Virus record (IMG/VR): IMGVR_UViG_3300025000_000057
From: a virus
Taxonomy: Duplodnaviria; Caudoviricetes
Direction: 5' to 3' (one strand)
DNA: 64,000 bases
Both the position numbers and the translations under genes were made by a program. Below the pieces are notes generated by a model, which ran no database searches, was not told the DNA's origin, and saw nothing but the letters and a program-made list of their open reading frames with translations. Below, piece after piece: positions 63,405 to 64,000 of the stretch (positions are counted from its first letter, which is position 1; every line of letters begins with the position of its first letter).

Positions 63405-63983
63405 ATCGATCTGGATTCTATTAAATCGGCTGAACAACTGCGAGAAAAGTTTGATGATTATCTGGATAGTTCAGGAACTCCAATCTCTCTTTATAAAGAG
63501 GGAGAAACTATAGTATCGGTAGATATAAATGGTACCGAATATGTACCTAAGAAAGAAGCATTCAAGACTTCCGGTTGGTCGTTTAGACAGATAAATGTAA
63601 ATATCGAGTTAAATAATGATACACTTGGTAAGTTTCTAACTAGGACTACAGAACTAGGGTATCGTATTACTAAAGTAGATGAAAACGATGTCTTAGACTC
63701 TAGTGTAGCTATGGAATCTTTCTTAGTATCTAAGGGAGATAACCATATAAGGATCGAACGTCGTACCAACGGAGGAGCTATGGTCTTTGTTAAAGACGAC
63801 GATCATGGTGAAAATAGTCCCTCTGATTTAGCTATCAAAATGGCTAAATCGTTTAAAGGTACTGTTAAGGGAATATTAGTAGCTCATAATAACTATCGAG
63901 ATTTAGGTATGTATCCTGTGGCTATCGTTGAAGGACGTATAGTAGATATAACACAGTTTCGGATAGGACTCGTTAAAAACTAG
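63405..63983 (+). CDS. Hypothetical protein of about 192 aa, probable ATC start
   Basis: AAAGGAGGAG at 63389; frame is open with no ATG/GTG/TTG until 63711. Confidence 0.65.
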   Translation: MDLDSIKSAEQLREKFDDYLDSSGTPISLYKEGETIVSVDINGTEYVPKKEAFKTSGWSFRQINVNIELNNDTLGKFLTRTTELGYRITKVDENDVLDSSVAMESFLVSKGDNHIRIERRTNGGAMVFVKDDDHGENSPSDLAIKMAKSFKGTVKGILVAHNNYRDLGMYPVAIVEGRIVDITQFRIGLVKN

Positions 63984-64000
63984 TTAAAGATTTATCAAAA

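Noticed and set aside
343-63769. Antisense and nested short ORFs in the track (e.g. 27512-28135, 24509-24985, 59720-60010, 61781-62050)
   Set aside because: They are shadows of well-supported genes, lack an RBS and show Ser/Ile-rich antisense composition.
1-64000. CRISPR array or rRNA
   Set aside because: No regularly spaced direct repeats with unique spacers and no rRNA signatures were seen.
1-64000. Stop-codon reassignment
   Set aside because: TAA, TAG and TGA all end genes right before the next RBS, and known proteins are full length in the standard code.

Overview
This window looks like 64 kb of a large (probably jumbo) tailed-phage genome from a low-GC Firmicute host, judged by strong AGGAGG(TG) ribosome-binding sites and sigma-A-type promoters. 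Bases 1-3195 are the start of a minus-strand packaging/virion operon, with the N-terminus of the large terminase cut by the left edge. Everything after a divergent promoter at about 3.5 kb runs on the plus strand except one small HTH gene. Recognisable genes: thymidylate kinase, divergent ThyX, dCMP deaminase, SSB, HU, an SF2 helicase with a Gln-ending intein, a 5'-3' exonuclease, an ATP-dependent ligase, a MoxR AAA+/VWA pair, a radical SAM enzyme fused to a CFI-box domain, and a Macro-X-SLOG fusion. Main unexplained signals: (1) an RNA island at 37.7-40.6 kb with a 582-nt tmRNA, a tRNA with a 16-nt anticodon loop, and two RNAs closed by a tRNA-like 10+5 helix; (2) heptad repeats over six promoter regions, one directly upstream of an RHH-like gene; (3) about 17 long perfect palindromes; (4) seven paralogous Cys-rich mini-proteins; (5) several genes that appear to start at ATT/ATA/ATC. 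Family names come from motifs I recognise from memory; no database search was run.
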